Shown here in pieces: positions 52,101-64,000 of a stretch of 64,000 bases of DNA. Below the pieces are notes generated by a model. It ran no database searches, was not told the origin of the DNA, and worked only from the letters and a program-made list of their open reading frames with translations. Position numbers and translations under genes: made by a program. The DNA is from Cycas panzhihuaensis (taxonomy: Eukaryota; Plantae; Cycadophyta): positions 249,123,741 through 249,187,740 of the forward strand of contig CM041465.1 of assembly GCA_023213395.1 (NCBI GenBank), in the 5' to 3' direction. How positions within the stretch are numbered: the stretch's first letter is position 1; each line of letters opens with the position of its first letter.

Positions 52101-55100
52101 TGGCCCTATCTAGATAGCAGACCAGTCAATAACATGATTAGAATCATATAAAATATGCTTCTAACAATGACATGTGAGACACATCATGCATATTCATATT
52201 TAGTAGTAATACAAGTCTATATGCAACAAATCTTATTTTATCCAAAATTTCAAAAGGCATGCAATATCATACTGCAAGTTTCCTAGATTTGCCAAATTTT
52301 ACGAAACTTGGTTTTGTCTTAACATCCAAGAACACATGGTACCTGACTGCAAATTCTTTAATTGTTCTCTGCAAGTAGTGGCAACGTTTTTGTCAATCTT
52401 ACGTTGCCTTCAAAAGATTGTTTATGTCAGCAACATGTCCTTGCAATATCTCAAAGTTGATAATACATCAATCATGTAGATAATCCCAACTCCATGGTGT
52501 GTTTAATTTTTGCCTATATAATGCTTCAAATGGGCTCAGTCATATCGACATATGATGACCATTATTTTACACAAATTCAACTAGGTAAAAATACTCTTTC
52601 CTCTTCATTAGTTGTTTCATTATATACATTTGTAGCATATCTTTGAGTAGTAGGTTTAGTTGTTCTATTTGTATGTAAGTTTGAAGATGGTAGACTATGC
52701 TAAATCTTACCTTAGCGTCGAGCTACTTGAATAACTGCTACCAAAATTTGGATGTAAACTCTATATCCCTATCTAACATAATCACTTTCATTATCTCGAC
52801 AATCGTATTATATCTTTCATGAAAATGATAGCTATATCAATCATTTTGTGTGTAGGACACATTGGGAGGAGCATGCAAATTTTAGAAGTCTGCCAACCAC
52901 CACAATGATCAAATCATTCTTCTTCTTATCTAAAGGAAATCTTGTAATGAAGTCTATAGAAACAATCTCTCACTTCTACTCTAGGATTTCCACTGGTTGA
53001 AGTAGCCCAACAAGATGAGAATGCTTTGACATTGTAAGCATCAAGAATTGTGTCCTACCATATCTCTCCTTGTTCCAAGCCAAGAGCAATTCTTCTTCAT
53101 CATCACATAAGCCCTTTGATACCTGTGAGTTGCCGCATAGGTAACATAACGGGCTTTTGTTAGGATTTATTTCCTTGTTGAGTCTTCTTTAAACACAAAG
53201 TCATTCTCGATAATGAAGCAATCTATCTTCCAATATGTAATAGCCTTTGCATTCGTGGATTGACTTGTCACTTACTTGTCCACCTTCCTATAGCCTTTTA
53301 GGGAAATTTTTTACTTGTTAGTACCATTTGTCTTTCATTATCTCTTCCTTGATGAGGGTATTTAGGATTGGTAGAATCATACTAACAAAAGTGACACACA
53401 TGACTTTAGAGTTTGGTCGATCACTATCGACATAAGTCAATCCAAGGCCTATTCCACTAATAATGACAAGATTTATATTAACCAAGTTGAATGTTGTTGA
53501 CACAACTCGAAACACGAAGTGCTACTTCCAAGCCTAGTTAAACAAGCTTCACAGACTTGACACGCCTTCTCTGGCTAAGTGGATCTACAACCATATTCTA
53601 CTTTCCTCCCATATGCTTATATCAAAATCATATTCACTTAAGAACTTTATCCATCCCCTCCATCTTGCATTTACTTAAAGCCATGCGAACAAAGATTTCA
53701 TATTGATGTGGTAAGCCCTCAACTCAAATTTCTTATCCAATAAGTAATGTCTCCACATTTTTAGACCATGTATTATTGCAACAGGTTCCAAAATATGCAC
53801 ATGATAATCACTCATAGTCCTTCGATTTTTTTTTATTCATAGGAGATCACTTTTCCATTTTGCATAAGTTCTCTGCCAATCTCTACTATGCAAGAGTTTG
53901 TGGATACTACATAACTTGTACCAAGATCTAGTAAGGTAAGAACTAGTGAAAACCTAAGTAATTTCTTCAATTTTTGAAAGCTCTCCTCATAGGTTTCGTT
54001 CCATTCAAATTTTGTCCCCTTTCCTTTGTAAAGAAGAAATCAAGTTCACGTATTTAGGGAACCCTTCAACATAGCATCAATAATACCCTACAGGTCCCAT
54101 AAAGCTTCTTACTTTAACAGCATTCATTAACAACAAGAACTCCATACTAGCCTAAATCTTCTTGAAATCAATTCAGATAACATCTTTCGATATTACATAC
54201 CCAAATTAGTGCACCTATTCCTTGTAGAAATCATATTTTGTCAATTTAGCATAAAATCTATGCTATCTTAGAAGTAGCAACACCATTTTCAAATGTTCAT
54301 CTTCTTCCTACGACATGGAATCAACCATAATGTCTAGAAAAACAACAATAAACTTATCTAGATATGGTCGAAATACATTATTTATTAAACACAAATGTAG
54401 CTAAAGCATGTGGCAGACCAAATGCTAATACCACAAATTCATAGCATTTGTATCTAGTTCAAAATGTTATCTTATGAATGTCTTCATCCTTTATGACAAT
54501 AGCCTAACCTTAAATCAATCCTTGAAAACACCTTAACTTTGTTGACAAATACTCAATACACTGCTGTCCCAAAATTACTCATTAACGTATCAATCTTTTG
54601 GCCTCTATACACCTTGATGTCGATCTCCATTAATCCACACTTCTTATCAATTGTTGCATGTTGGTACTCCTCCTTACAACATTACAGCATATAGAAAGCA
54701 CACACAATATCAAGCATACATTCACAACATTAAGAACAGTCTTCCACATACCCACAATATTCCATTAGTCCATGATAAGAAATACAATGCTTTGGATCTT
54801 TACACCTTTGCATATGCTTGATAGATCGGCTTTCAGACTAAATCCAAGGTGAGAATGCCCTTTTTATACCCATTTACAACCCAAAATCGTAAAAGTCACA
54901 ACCCTACAAGTTGACTTTGCCTCTTCATAATCCCTTATTGCATTTTGTTTCATTAAACACATTTTCTATGTTCATACACCATCTTCATGGTAGTCATTTG
55001 GTAGTGAACTATTCCTATTCCTATCTAATTGTTCCCATTCCCCCATAGCCATTCTCAATACTACATGCACTAGTGACCATTCCCAAAAAGTTGTTCCTAC

Positions 55101-55340
55101 AAATGTTCTAACCATTCTCTGTAGTTGTTCCAAGCATTTCTAATGTCAGTTTTGACTCTTATTCTACTTGATTTTGCCAATTCCGCTATTAGAGCCATTC
55201 CTGATGTTGTTCCCAATGCTCTATGCCAAATTATATACATACATCTACCCTAGAGTCTCAAAATGTTGAGCATCCTTGCGGGTCTTTGAGTCGCTTGCAA
55301 AAGTCTCAAGGCTATCACGTCAAACTATGTGTTTGTAATC

Positions 55341-55422
55341 TTACGAGTAGTGAGTGATTAAAAAATCTCAACTACTGGATTTTACGAGTAGTGAGTGATT
55401 AAAAAATCTCAACTACTGGATT
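55341..55422 (+). repeat. Perfect 41-bp tandem duplication
   Basis: TTACGAGTAGTGAGTGATTAAAAAATCTCAACTACTGGATT twice. Confidence 0.95.
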
Positions 55423-56114
55423 CCATAACATAAATCTATGTGATTGAATTGCCAACATGATCCTCCTATATCTTCAACCATGTCATTGGTTCCAACGAAA
55501 TGTAATAGTCACAATCAAGCAATATCAAAAGCCTACACTACCAAAAACCCATCTTGCGTGTATTACATCTACAACTGCAATGCACCCTCCAAGCACAGAG
55601 GCCCATCATGAGACAATGCGCACATACAACTCACATGGCTACAATATTTCCCTTCAAACCATGCAATGATCTCTCATTTACATTTTATTCATTAGGAGAA
55701 GATGTATTTAGACATTGGACTTTAACAACTAATTCCAATAGAGTAACTTCCAAAAATCTTGGCAAGTTATACTAACACCAAGAATTAACTAATTAACTAA
55801 CCATCACCAATTTTGGTCACATGTCATGGTTTGGGACATGACTAACTTTGACAATAAGTGACGAGTTAGCTACATGATAGATGTGGTAATCTCAAAGCTA
55901 TCACATAACATAAAATAGGAGTTAGCTAAGCATTTTTTCCATACTAAGGCTAAATCCCAAGATGATGACTATCATAATATTTTCATCAGAATACACATTG
56001 ATTGTACCAATCAATACTAGAAAGCACAAATGACAAGAAGACAAAGGCATGTGTGTGCGGCAGCTTTTACAAGGGAAAATCAAGTATAGGAGTGTATTAA
56101 CAAGTATAATCAAT

Positions 56115-56392
56115 AGTTGGATTGCAATCAAAAAGTGCAAATCGCAATCGAGATTGCAATTAGCAAGCACAATGTGGAATTGGATTGCAATCAAGAAGTG
56201 CAATCACAGACGGGATTGCAATCAATCAATGCAATCTGGAACTAGATTGCAATCAATCAATGCAATCTGGAACTAGATTCCAATCAAGAAGCACAATCAC
56301 AAACGAGACTGCAATCGATAAGCGCAATCATAGATCAAATAGCAATCACGAAATGTAATTTGAATTCAAATTATACTACCGGATTACAATCA
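56115..56392. repeat. ~30-bp minisatellite with palindromic core GATTGCAATC
   Basis: About 8 degenerate units; two adjacent units near 56214-56279 are identical. Confidence 0.85.
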
Positions 56393-57199
56393 ATTAATGG
56401 ACTGTATTCAGAATCATGAATAAAAGATGACTACAACTAAATTAATATATTAATTAGTTAGTTTTGTACAAATGGAAAAGACAATTATAATTCATATTAT
56501 ATAAAGCATGTATCTTTGCTTATTGTATCATGGCTTAGGTTAGGGGTTTTTCTTTATCTTCTTTCTTGTACGATTACTAGTTGATTCTTCTCTCTTTAGA
56601 TTCCTCCAATTTTGTACTATTCTCGAGACCGCATCTAGTTGTCAGAGGACTAGATGTAGTACCCATTATGATTAATACAAAGTAGTGGGTTCACACTACA
56701 AATTCTGTCTTATTCTCTAGTTGCACGTGTTCTTATATTTTATGTTGATAATTAAATGAAGAATGCACAAACACACATTTGTTTTGTTGTTGTCCCACAT
56801 CAGTCTTGGGAAGAAAGAAATTGAAATGGACATGAAACGGTGAGAGCAAATGGAGACTTTCCATGCCACCGAACAATCATTCCATAATAGAGAAAGAGAC
56901 AAAAAGAATGACATAATCGTTGGGAAATAATCAAAATTGATTATAATGCAAAAAATAGGATCTTGTGCGTGGCTAAAAATCTATATCATTCGGGCATCAA
57001 TGCTTACATTTCTTAGGTCCAAACCCAACTGCTTCTCATGCTCTAAAGTCAATCCGTAGAAATCAAAGTGAAATTCTATATCATTTCTGCCCAACAATTC
57101 GTAGAATATTACATATACTAGTACACAATTTTCTCTCAAAAATATAAACAATAGGGGTTGATTCGTAGTTGAAAATCTCTATCATGTAGGCATCATTTT

Positions 57200-58900
57200 C
57201 AATGTTTCTTGGGCCTAAACCCAAGTAGTATTCGTGCTCTCAAACCTACCTGTAGAAATCAAAGCAAGATTATACATCGTTTGTTTTCGACAATCCATGG
57301 AAGATCGCCTACATTTCAACATGCATGAAATGGACATTTTGTCAACCACTTTACGTGTGAGCTCAAATCTACCAACAAGTTTCTTTATACGATCACTCAT
57401 TTCTTGGCAAACTTCTCCTAATGTTGCAAATCCCAAAGGCTATCATAGAGGCAAGTGCCTCTGAGTCATTTAGATCAATTTTGATGCCCAAAAAATCATC
57501 CTCGAGGCTAAACATTTCATCAGACAGTTGGTGGGCATGCCTCAATCTTTTTCTTTGAACCAGCACATTCAAATATTCTTTGAATGCCCAACACACCAAA
57601 TCTCTAAAATAGTTTCATGTATACAAAATTGCAAACAAAGCAATTTTTTCTCTTTGTGGTCAAAAATACACTTCAAAATATTGAAATTTTTGCACATGGC
57701 ATGCATAGAAACAATCAAATTTAGTTGTGCCCTTTTTTTCAAACATTTGATGGGTATACCAAGGGAACCTCTCAAAAATCTATTCATGGTACTAAAATTG
57801 AATTCAGAATACTCAAGCATATTTCATGTCTTCACAATTTCAATTGTACAATGCCATCCAAAGCAAAGCAAATTTCTCCATCTCTATCCATCATGAAGGA
57901 CAATGGTTCCCTTAAAGCTAGGCAATTGTTGATATCACAATCCAAATTGAGGATGAAGAGTGCATTGGACTTGATAGCAAACAAGCAAACTAAAGCATTC
58001 GTGGCACCTATCTTCTTGTTATCAATATAGCTAGGGCAATTTTTCTCGAGATTATGCCTGCATGATCCCTCCTAAAGTGCTCCATGTATATAGAAAGGCA
58101 TGTCCCTGGCCAATGAGTGCCATCTGTCATCCAATTATCATTTTCTCACTTCACTTTTCTGTGCTCCTTCATAAAATCAGGACTCATTTTATTCTTGCTA
58201 AAGTAGCTGTTTAAATTGAAATAGCTCTTGCGATCACAGGGCTCTATGTTGTGCTTTATACATAATGGTACGCAAATTTTAGTAAAACTTCCAACTTCTA
58301 CAAGACCTTCAAACATAAGAAGAGCCCCACCATCACACAATAAGTAGCAAGACAGCTTCTTTATTGGGTATTCAGCTACAAGAATAGCATTGGCTTTGAA
58401 AAGGGTTGCCTCCTTCTCAAGATTAGTAGTAAACACAAGTGCATTAATTCCTAGAATATTAGACCTCCCTCTTAGATTCTGAAGACTGAGCCACTCAAAT
58501 CTGTCCTTGAGAGCATCAAGATCCATCATTCTTTTCGTAAGGCAAAGCTTGGGAAGTTGATTGAGCAGCCATGAAAACCCAAAGCACAGCTCGCAAATAA
58601 TTGGCATTCCCTATAGGCACATTGCATCCTTGTTTGGACGGTGAATCCGCCATATGACGAAGAATTCCATGACCACAAGATGAACTAGCATCAACAATCA
58701 GTATGGGCTGAGAATTCTTGTTGACATCCTAGTCTTCCTAGACAAAGGTTACCTTGAACATTCCCCAAAATTTGGCAGATTCATAAAGTTGCCATTAAGG
58801 CCTCCTCATGCAGATCCTTCCTTGGCCCAAATTGCATTATTGTATCCATAGGTACCCTTCATTTCACAAAGCCATCATGTGTGATAGAACTCCAAAGCCT
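57200..58900 (-). pseudogene. Possible highly decayed PPR-like gene fragment
   Basis: Peptide scraps LRHAHQLSDEM, TRKVVDKM, MLKCRRSSMDCRKQ and DLHEEALM resemble PPR repeat phrases; no intact repeat. Confidence 0.3.
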
Positions 58901-58950
58901 GGTTGCTCTTCATCAAAGGGGTTTAGGCGGATTTAACCAAGGATAAATCA

Positions 58951-61900
58951 TGTTCCAACTGATAGAAAACTAACTTAGACAGAATGAAGATCAGAACTTG
59001 ATATTACATGGAGTCTCACTCCTCTTAAATATACATCACTGAGATGACCGTTACAAATAGAAATGTAACTAACCTACATGAGGCTGCCAAGTGTCACAAC
59101 TCCTATTTGGAGTTACATTTTAAGGGGTGAGTCAACATGACCGCTCTTTGTCTAGATAAAACATTACATTTTAACACCCTCTCTTAATGTTTTATCTCCA
59201 GTAACCCTAGTTTGTTTCTTAGATATTGAAATCTTTCTTTTCCAAGAGATTTTGTCAGAAGATCTGCAACTTGTTTTGAAGATGGACAATATTCTAGGTC
59301 AATTTCCTTGTTGTGTACTTTTTCCCTTATGAAATGATGATGAACTTCTATATGCTTGGTTCTTGCATGAAGGACTGGATTTTTAGTCAGTTTGATGGTG
59401 CTCGATTATCACATTTGAGAGGAGTTGCTTCTTTTCTCGTCGTTCTAAATCAAATGAAGTTGTCTTAGCCAAACACCTTCACATGTTGCCGCAGAGTCGC
59501 TTTGTATTCTCGCCTGGAAGACAATGCAACGATGGCTTGCTTCTTGCTACACCATGATATTGTCAAGGACCCGAAGAAACAAGATCTACTAGTGGACTTT
59601 CTTTGTTCCTTGTCTCCTACCCAATCAGAGTCGAAGTATCCTGACAATTTTGCTGAACCTCCTTTTGGATACACCAATTTCAGATTTATGGTACCCTTAA
59701 GATATCTCATAATTCTTTTTATGGCCTTCCAGTGTCTTAATTTTGGATTACGCATATATCCGGACACAAGTCCAATTGAGTAAGATATGTCGGGCCCTGT
59801 TGTCGTGTAGATCGACTTAGATCATTTGTCCGCATGAGTGATATTTGTTGCTTCTTCCATTTCATCTGCTATCAATTCACAATTTGTTTCCATGGGTGTG
59901 GCGCAGGGATTGCAGTTTTCCATTTGGAATCTGATAAGTAGACTTTTGATGTATTTACTCTAGGATAGAGTTAAATAATTATGTTGTTGTCCTATCTCCA
60001 GACCCAGGTAGTAATTCAAAAGACCTAGGTCTGTCATCTCAAACTTTTGTTGAAGTTGTTCTTTTATGTCTTCAGAGCCTTCGTTATCACTACCAGTGAC
60101 TAGCATATCATCAACATAAACAACAATTATTGTGACTTTGCCCTCATTTTTCCTCATGTACAAACAGGGGTCTAAATCACAACGTTCAAAGTTGTTTTCT
60201 TCCAGAAAATGATCCAGTTTGACGTACCAGGCTCGAGGAGCTTGTTTCAGCCTGTATAGTGCTTTTTTTAGTTTGCACACTAGATTCTCCTATCCTTCTT
60301 TAACATATCCCTTAAGTTGTTTCATGTAGACCTTGTCTTCCAGTTCTCCATTCAAGAAGGCACTCTTTACATCTAGTTGAAAGATTTTCCAGTTTTGAGT
60401 TGCAGCCAGAGCAATCACTGTTCTTACTGTATTCATTTTGGCAACAGGAGAGAAAGTTTCATCAAAGTCTACTCCGGCTATTTGAGTGTATCCTTTTGCA
60501 ACCAATCTAGCCTTGTATTTTTCTATTTTGCCATTTAGCCCTTCTTTAGTCTTGTAGACCCATTTACAACTGATTGCAGATTTATTGACTGGTAATTCTA
60601 CCAATTCCCATGTCTAATTTCTTTTGATTGAGTCCATTTCATTATCCATGGCTGTTTTCCATACCTGTTCTTCTTGGGCTTCCTGAAATGTCTGAGGCTC
60701 GACCTTGGTTAACAAGGCTCTAGCTTTTTGATTTCTTGTTCTGTGTTCCATTACAGTACCTTGTCCTTCCTCAATTGTTTTAATGTACCATCTGGGCAGC
60801 TTCTTTTGTTTTTGTGCGGCCTCTTCAGTACCAAGTTCTTCTGGATTGACAGTTTCATCTACCGGTTGATTTATTATACCTCCTGTTTGATTTTGGTTGG
60901 ATGTAGGAAGAGAAATTGAAACTTCCTTTGTTGTTACCTCAGCAGCAGGTTCTTTCTCAATTTCTTGATCGATCTTTGTAATTTCCTGTTCGACAATCTT
61001 CTCTCCTTCGTCAATTATTCTGATTTGTCTAGATTCACTATCTCCTTCATTAAAAACTACATCTCTACTCACATAGATTTTGTTGGTTCTAGGATCTATG
61101 CATTTGTAGGCCTTTGAATTTTTACTATATCCTATCATAATACATTCTATGCTTTTTGCATCTAATTTATACCTTTTTTTATCTGGTATATGAACAAAGA
61201 CTTGACTCCCAAAAACTTTGACTGAACTTACATCAGGTTTTCTGCCTGTCCAAGCTTCTTCTGGAGTGATATTTTTTAAGGCCTTTGTTGGACACCGATT
61301 TATGAGATAACATGCTGTACTCACTGCTTCTGCCCAGTAGTTTTTTGGTACACCTTTTTCATAGACCATGCTTCTTGCCATTTCCATTAAGGTTCTGTTT
61401 TTTCTTTCTGCTACGCCATTTGATTGTGGTGTGTATGGAGTTGTAACCTGTCTGCGGATTCTGTGAATTCTGCAGTAGTTCTGAAACTCTTTTGATATAT
61501 ATTCACCTCCTTAAATCGAATGCATTTAATTTTTGCTTCTGCCTCCATTTCTGCTTCTGCTTTGAACTCTTTAAATATTTCAAAAATTTCTGATTTGTTG
61601 TGGAGAAAGTAGACCCATACGTTTCGATTAAAGTCGTCAATGAAGATCAAAAAATATCTGCATCCATTAATAGTAAGTGGTGAGATGGGACCACACAGGT
61701 TAGTATGCATTAGCTCCAACCTTGATTCTACTCTCCAAGTGCTTTCCTTGAAAGGGAGTCGGTGTTGTTTCCCAAACTGACAACTTTTACAAACAAAGTT
61801 ATCAGAAGAGATACAAGGTAATCCATTCACCATTTCAGAATTTTTCATCAATTTCAATGTCTCAATTGGAAGGTGCCCATACTTCAAATGCCAAATTTTA

Positions 61901-63651
61901 TTACTAGACTTGACGACAATACAAGCTTTTTCTTCTAGATTAGGAAGTATAGGATTCGACAGAAGTTTGTATAAGTCATTACATCTCACGCCTCTTGCAA
62001 CAGTTTCACCATTCTTTTTCATGTCCAAAATACAACAATATCCATCTTCATCAAAGATGGTTCTCAACCCCTTTTTACTAAGTTGGGAAACAGAAAGAAG
62101 GTTCATTTTTAAATCAGGAACCAATAAAACGTTTTCGATTTTTTTGACATTTCCTTGCAAGTTGACAAAGAATGGTTCCAATTCCTTTTATATCAAGAGC
62201 ATATTTATCACCCAATTCGACTGATCTATCAAGGTTATAGGGTTCCAATGTCTCAAACCAATCTTCACGACTAGTCATGTGTCTTGAAGCTCCTGAATCA
62301 ACGTACCATGTGTCATTGTCTTTGAGGTTGGAAGCCAAGGCAACAATGAAGGCAGTCTCTTCTTCATCTTCATCTGCTTTCTCTTTGTTGTAGCCACCAA
62401 TAGGTCTTTTCCCTTTCTGAATCTCACTTCTTCGCTGAGGGCCTTTGGTAAGGGTAATGTCCACCTTGTCCGCAATGGTAACATATGTCAAAGATTCTAC
62501 ATGCATTGGAGATGTGCCCAGTCCTTCCGCAATTGAAACAAATCCCTGGGTCTCTGCTTCGTCCACGCCCCTAGAGTCTTGCCACCGCCTTGTCCTCTCA
62601 AGTCGGGTGTTATGCTTCGTCCACGGGTTTGGTTTCTGCGTGAGCCCGTGTTCAATCTGGACATAAAGGCATCTTCAAATTCGAGGAGTCTTCATATCTC
62701 TTATTCCTTTGTTCTGTCTCAACAAAGAATCCCGTCAATTCATCAAGAGTTATTTTATTTATTTTTTCAGTATTTATAATGGTGTTGATGGTTGTATCAA
62801 AAGACTTTGGGAGCTTGGTTGTTATTAGTTCTACCAACTCTTGTTCAGAAATCAAACCTCCTGCACTTGATAAATTATTTCATGTTGAAACAACTTTGTG
62901 CATAAAATCTGTTGCATTTTCATTTTCCTTCATATGCAGTCTATACAATTCTTCCTTGAGAGCAATTATTCTTGCTTTATTCTTTTGTCCATACAGGTTC
63001 TCAAGACATTTCCAAATGTCAGAGGACAAATTCAGCTTTTCAACATATATCAGAATTGAGTCAGAAATCGACATTTTCAAAATGTGCACACCTATATTGT
63101 TTCTTTCTTCCCAGTTGGCCAGTTTAGCATCTAAGTCCTTTGGACAAGTCTCAGTCCCAATTGTAATATTCCAAGCATTTTTTATTTTTAAGACAGTTTC
63201 TACTTTAATTTTCCAAACATGATAGTTCAAATCAGTCAATTTTTCTAATTCTGGCAGAGAGAAAAGACCTGAAGCCATTTTGACAGCTGAGATACTAAGA
63301 GACAGAGTGCAAGCCGTACACGATATGAATTTCCATACGAAATTGAACTTGTACGAAATTGTACGATATGTACCTCAAAAGAGAGGTTATGAGACGAGGA
63401 TCCCGGATCTGGTATTAGTTTTCCAAAACAGTTTATGAGTGAGGAGAAAATTGACCCGAAAGACTAGAAAACCTAGTTAGGGCACAACACGTTTTTGCTT
63501 GTAATTTAAAAAATACTTCATAGAATTCCTCAAAGTCTGTCACAAAACTTTTGTAGTACCCAAACATTGAGTTTACAACAGATTTGACTCAGGAATTTCG
63601 AAAATTTTGGGAGAAATTTACTAAAATACCTCCAAACCCGCGCAGCTGATA
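58951..63651 (-). mobile_element. Ty1/Copia element D (same group as E and J); 5' end beyond the window
   Basis: 3' LTR 58951-59176; PPT AAGAGAGGG adjacent; full gag-PR-INT-RT-RH remnants; leader similar to that of E up to ~63645. Confidence 0.93.
59184..63278 (-). pseudogene. gag-pol of Copia D
   Basis: ORF fragments with WYVDSGASRHM, LMHTNLCGP, QLDVKSAFLNG, YVDDML, DSDWVGD; colinear with E. Confidence 0.94.
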
Positions 63652-64000
63652 TGTGAAGAGAGGCCTAATGACCTCACAGTCTCAAGATCTAGAAGCTAGG
63701 ATCACTCTAGTTCTAGAAGCACAAATACTTAACAAGTATAATACTCTCAAGATGAAAGAAAGCATAAGATACAAAGCATAAAATGAAGGAACAAGAGAAA
63801 TGATACCAAATGTGTGGGGTTGGAATTGGTCCAACCTCCAAAAGAATAAATAGTTTGATTAGCAAACTGACAGCATAACAATACAGCTCTAACTCTCTTA
63901 TGAGACAATGAGGAGAGGTCTTATTATATAGAGTGAGATGAGAGACCTAAGGCCTTGGATGTTTGATAAGTGTCAAACATCCAAGATACATGCCTTGCAT
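63652..64000 (-). mobile_element. LTR F, related to the Copia C LTR, inserted in the leader of D (runs off the window)
   Basis: 63905-63997 is the reverse complement of the C LTR core (..CAAGGCATGTATCTTGGATGTTTGAC..CCTTAGGTCTCTCATCTCA..); ends AGATCTTGAGACT..CTTCACA like the C LTR end; not followed by a full PBS. Confidence 0.85.

Larger units (their letters stand above)
29269..54600 (-). mobile_element. Old chromovirus (Tekay-like) element I; 3' LTR interrupted by B and H
   Basis: Minus-strand pol remnants 51900-54500: RT FIVVFLD (~54350), integrase IVSIDFITRFP (~52950), chromodomain-like QVKV..PREVTWE (~51980-52025); PPT GGGTGGAGGAG next to an LTR starting TGTAATGG at 51885. Left end at TGTCATATCCC (29269) is tentative; 5' LTR not found. 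Confidence 0.6.

Noticed and set aside
56115-56392. CRISPR-like appearance (palindromic repeats at regular spacing)
   Set aside because: Spacers are homologous to each other, no cas genes, eukaryotic TE context; it is a minisatellite.

Overview
Eukaryotic nuclear DNA from a plant with a very large, TE-rich genome (old, CpG-depleted nested LTR elements are consistent with a gymnosperm-like genome; taxon not provable here). Most of the window is decayed LTR retrotransposons, and many can be delimited by TG...CA ends, primer-binding sites (PBS), polypurine tracts (PPT) and 5-bp target-site duplications (TSD). One host gene is visible on the minus strand as two clean exons (7809-6523, 6428-6313) of an uncharacterised plant protein; its other exons were not found. 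TE map: Copia J (<1-944, -); solo LTR (2784-3014); Gypsy remnant K (to 6055); a putative Helitron-like element (9479-29150) interrupted by Gypsy A (9852-27875, +), which contains Copia C (17891-25601, +); an old chromovirus I (~29269-54600, -) whose putative 3' LTR holds Gypsy B (30175-34973, -, internally deleted) and chromovirus H (35342-49876, -). The 5' LTR of H holds non-coding element G (40821-49634, -), which holds Copia E (42632-47941, +). Copia D (58951 to at least 63651, -) has an LTR related to that of C (63652 onward) in its leader. Most interesting: (1) Gypsy A/B appear tRNA-Glu primed and have four Gag zinc knuckles, and A also has a second capsid-like domain between protease and RT plus an extra 3' ORF; (2) a stem-loop enclosing the PPT/3'-LTR junction recurs in four elements despite different arm sequences. 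No CRISPR, rRNA or intact tRNA was seen. All alignments and translations outside the ORF track were done by eye.
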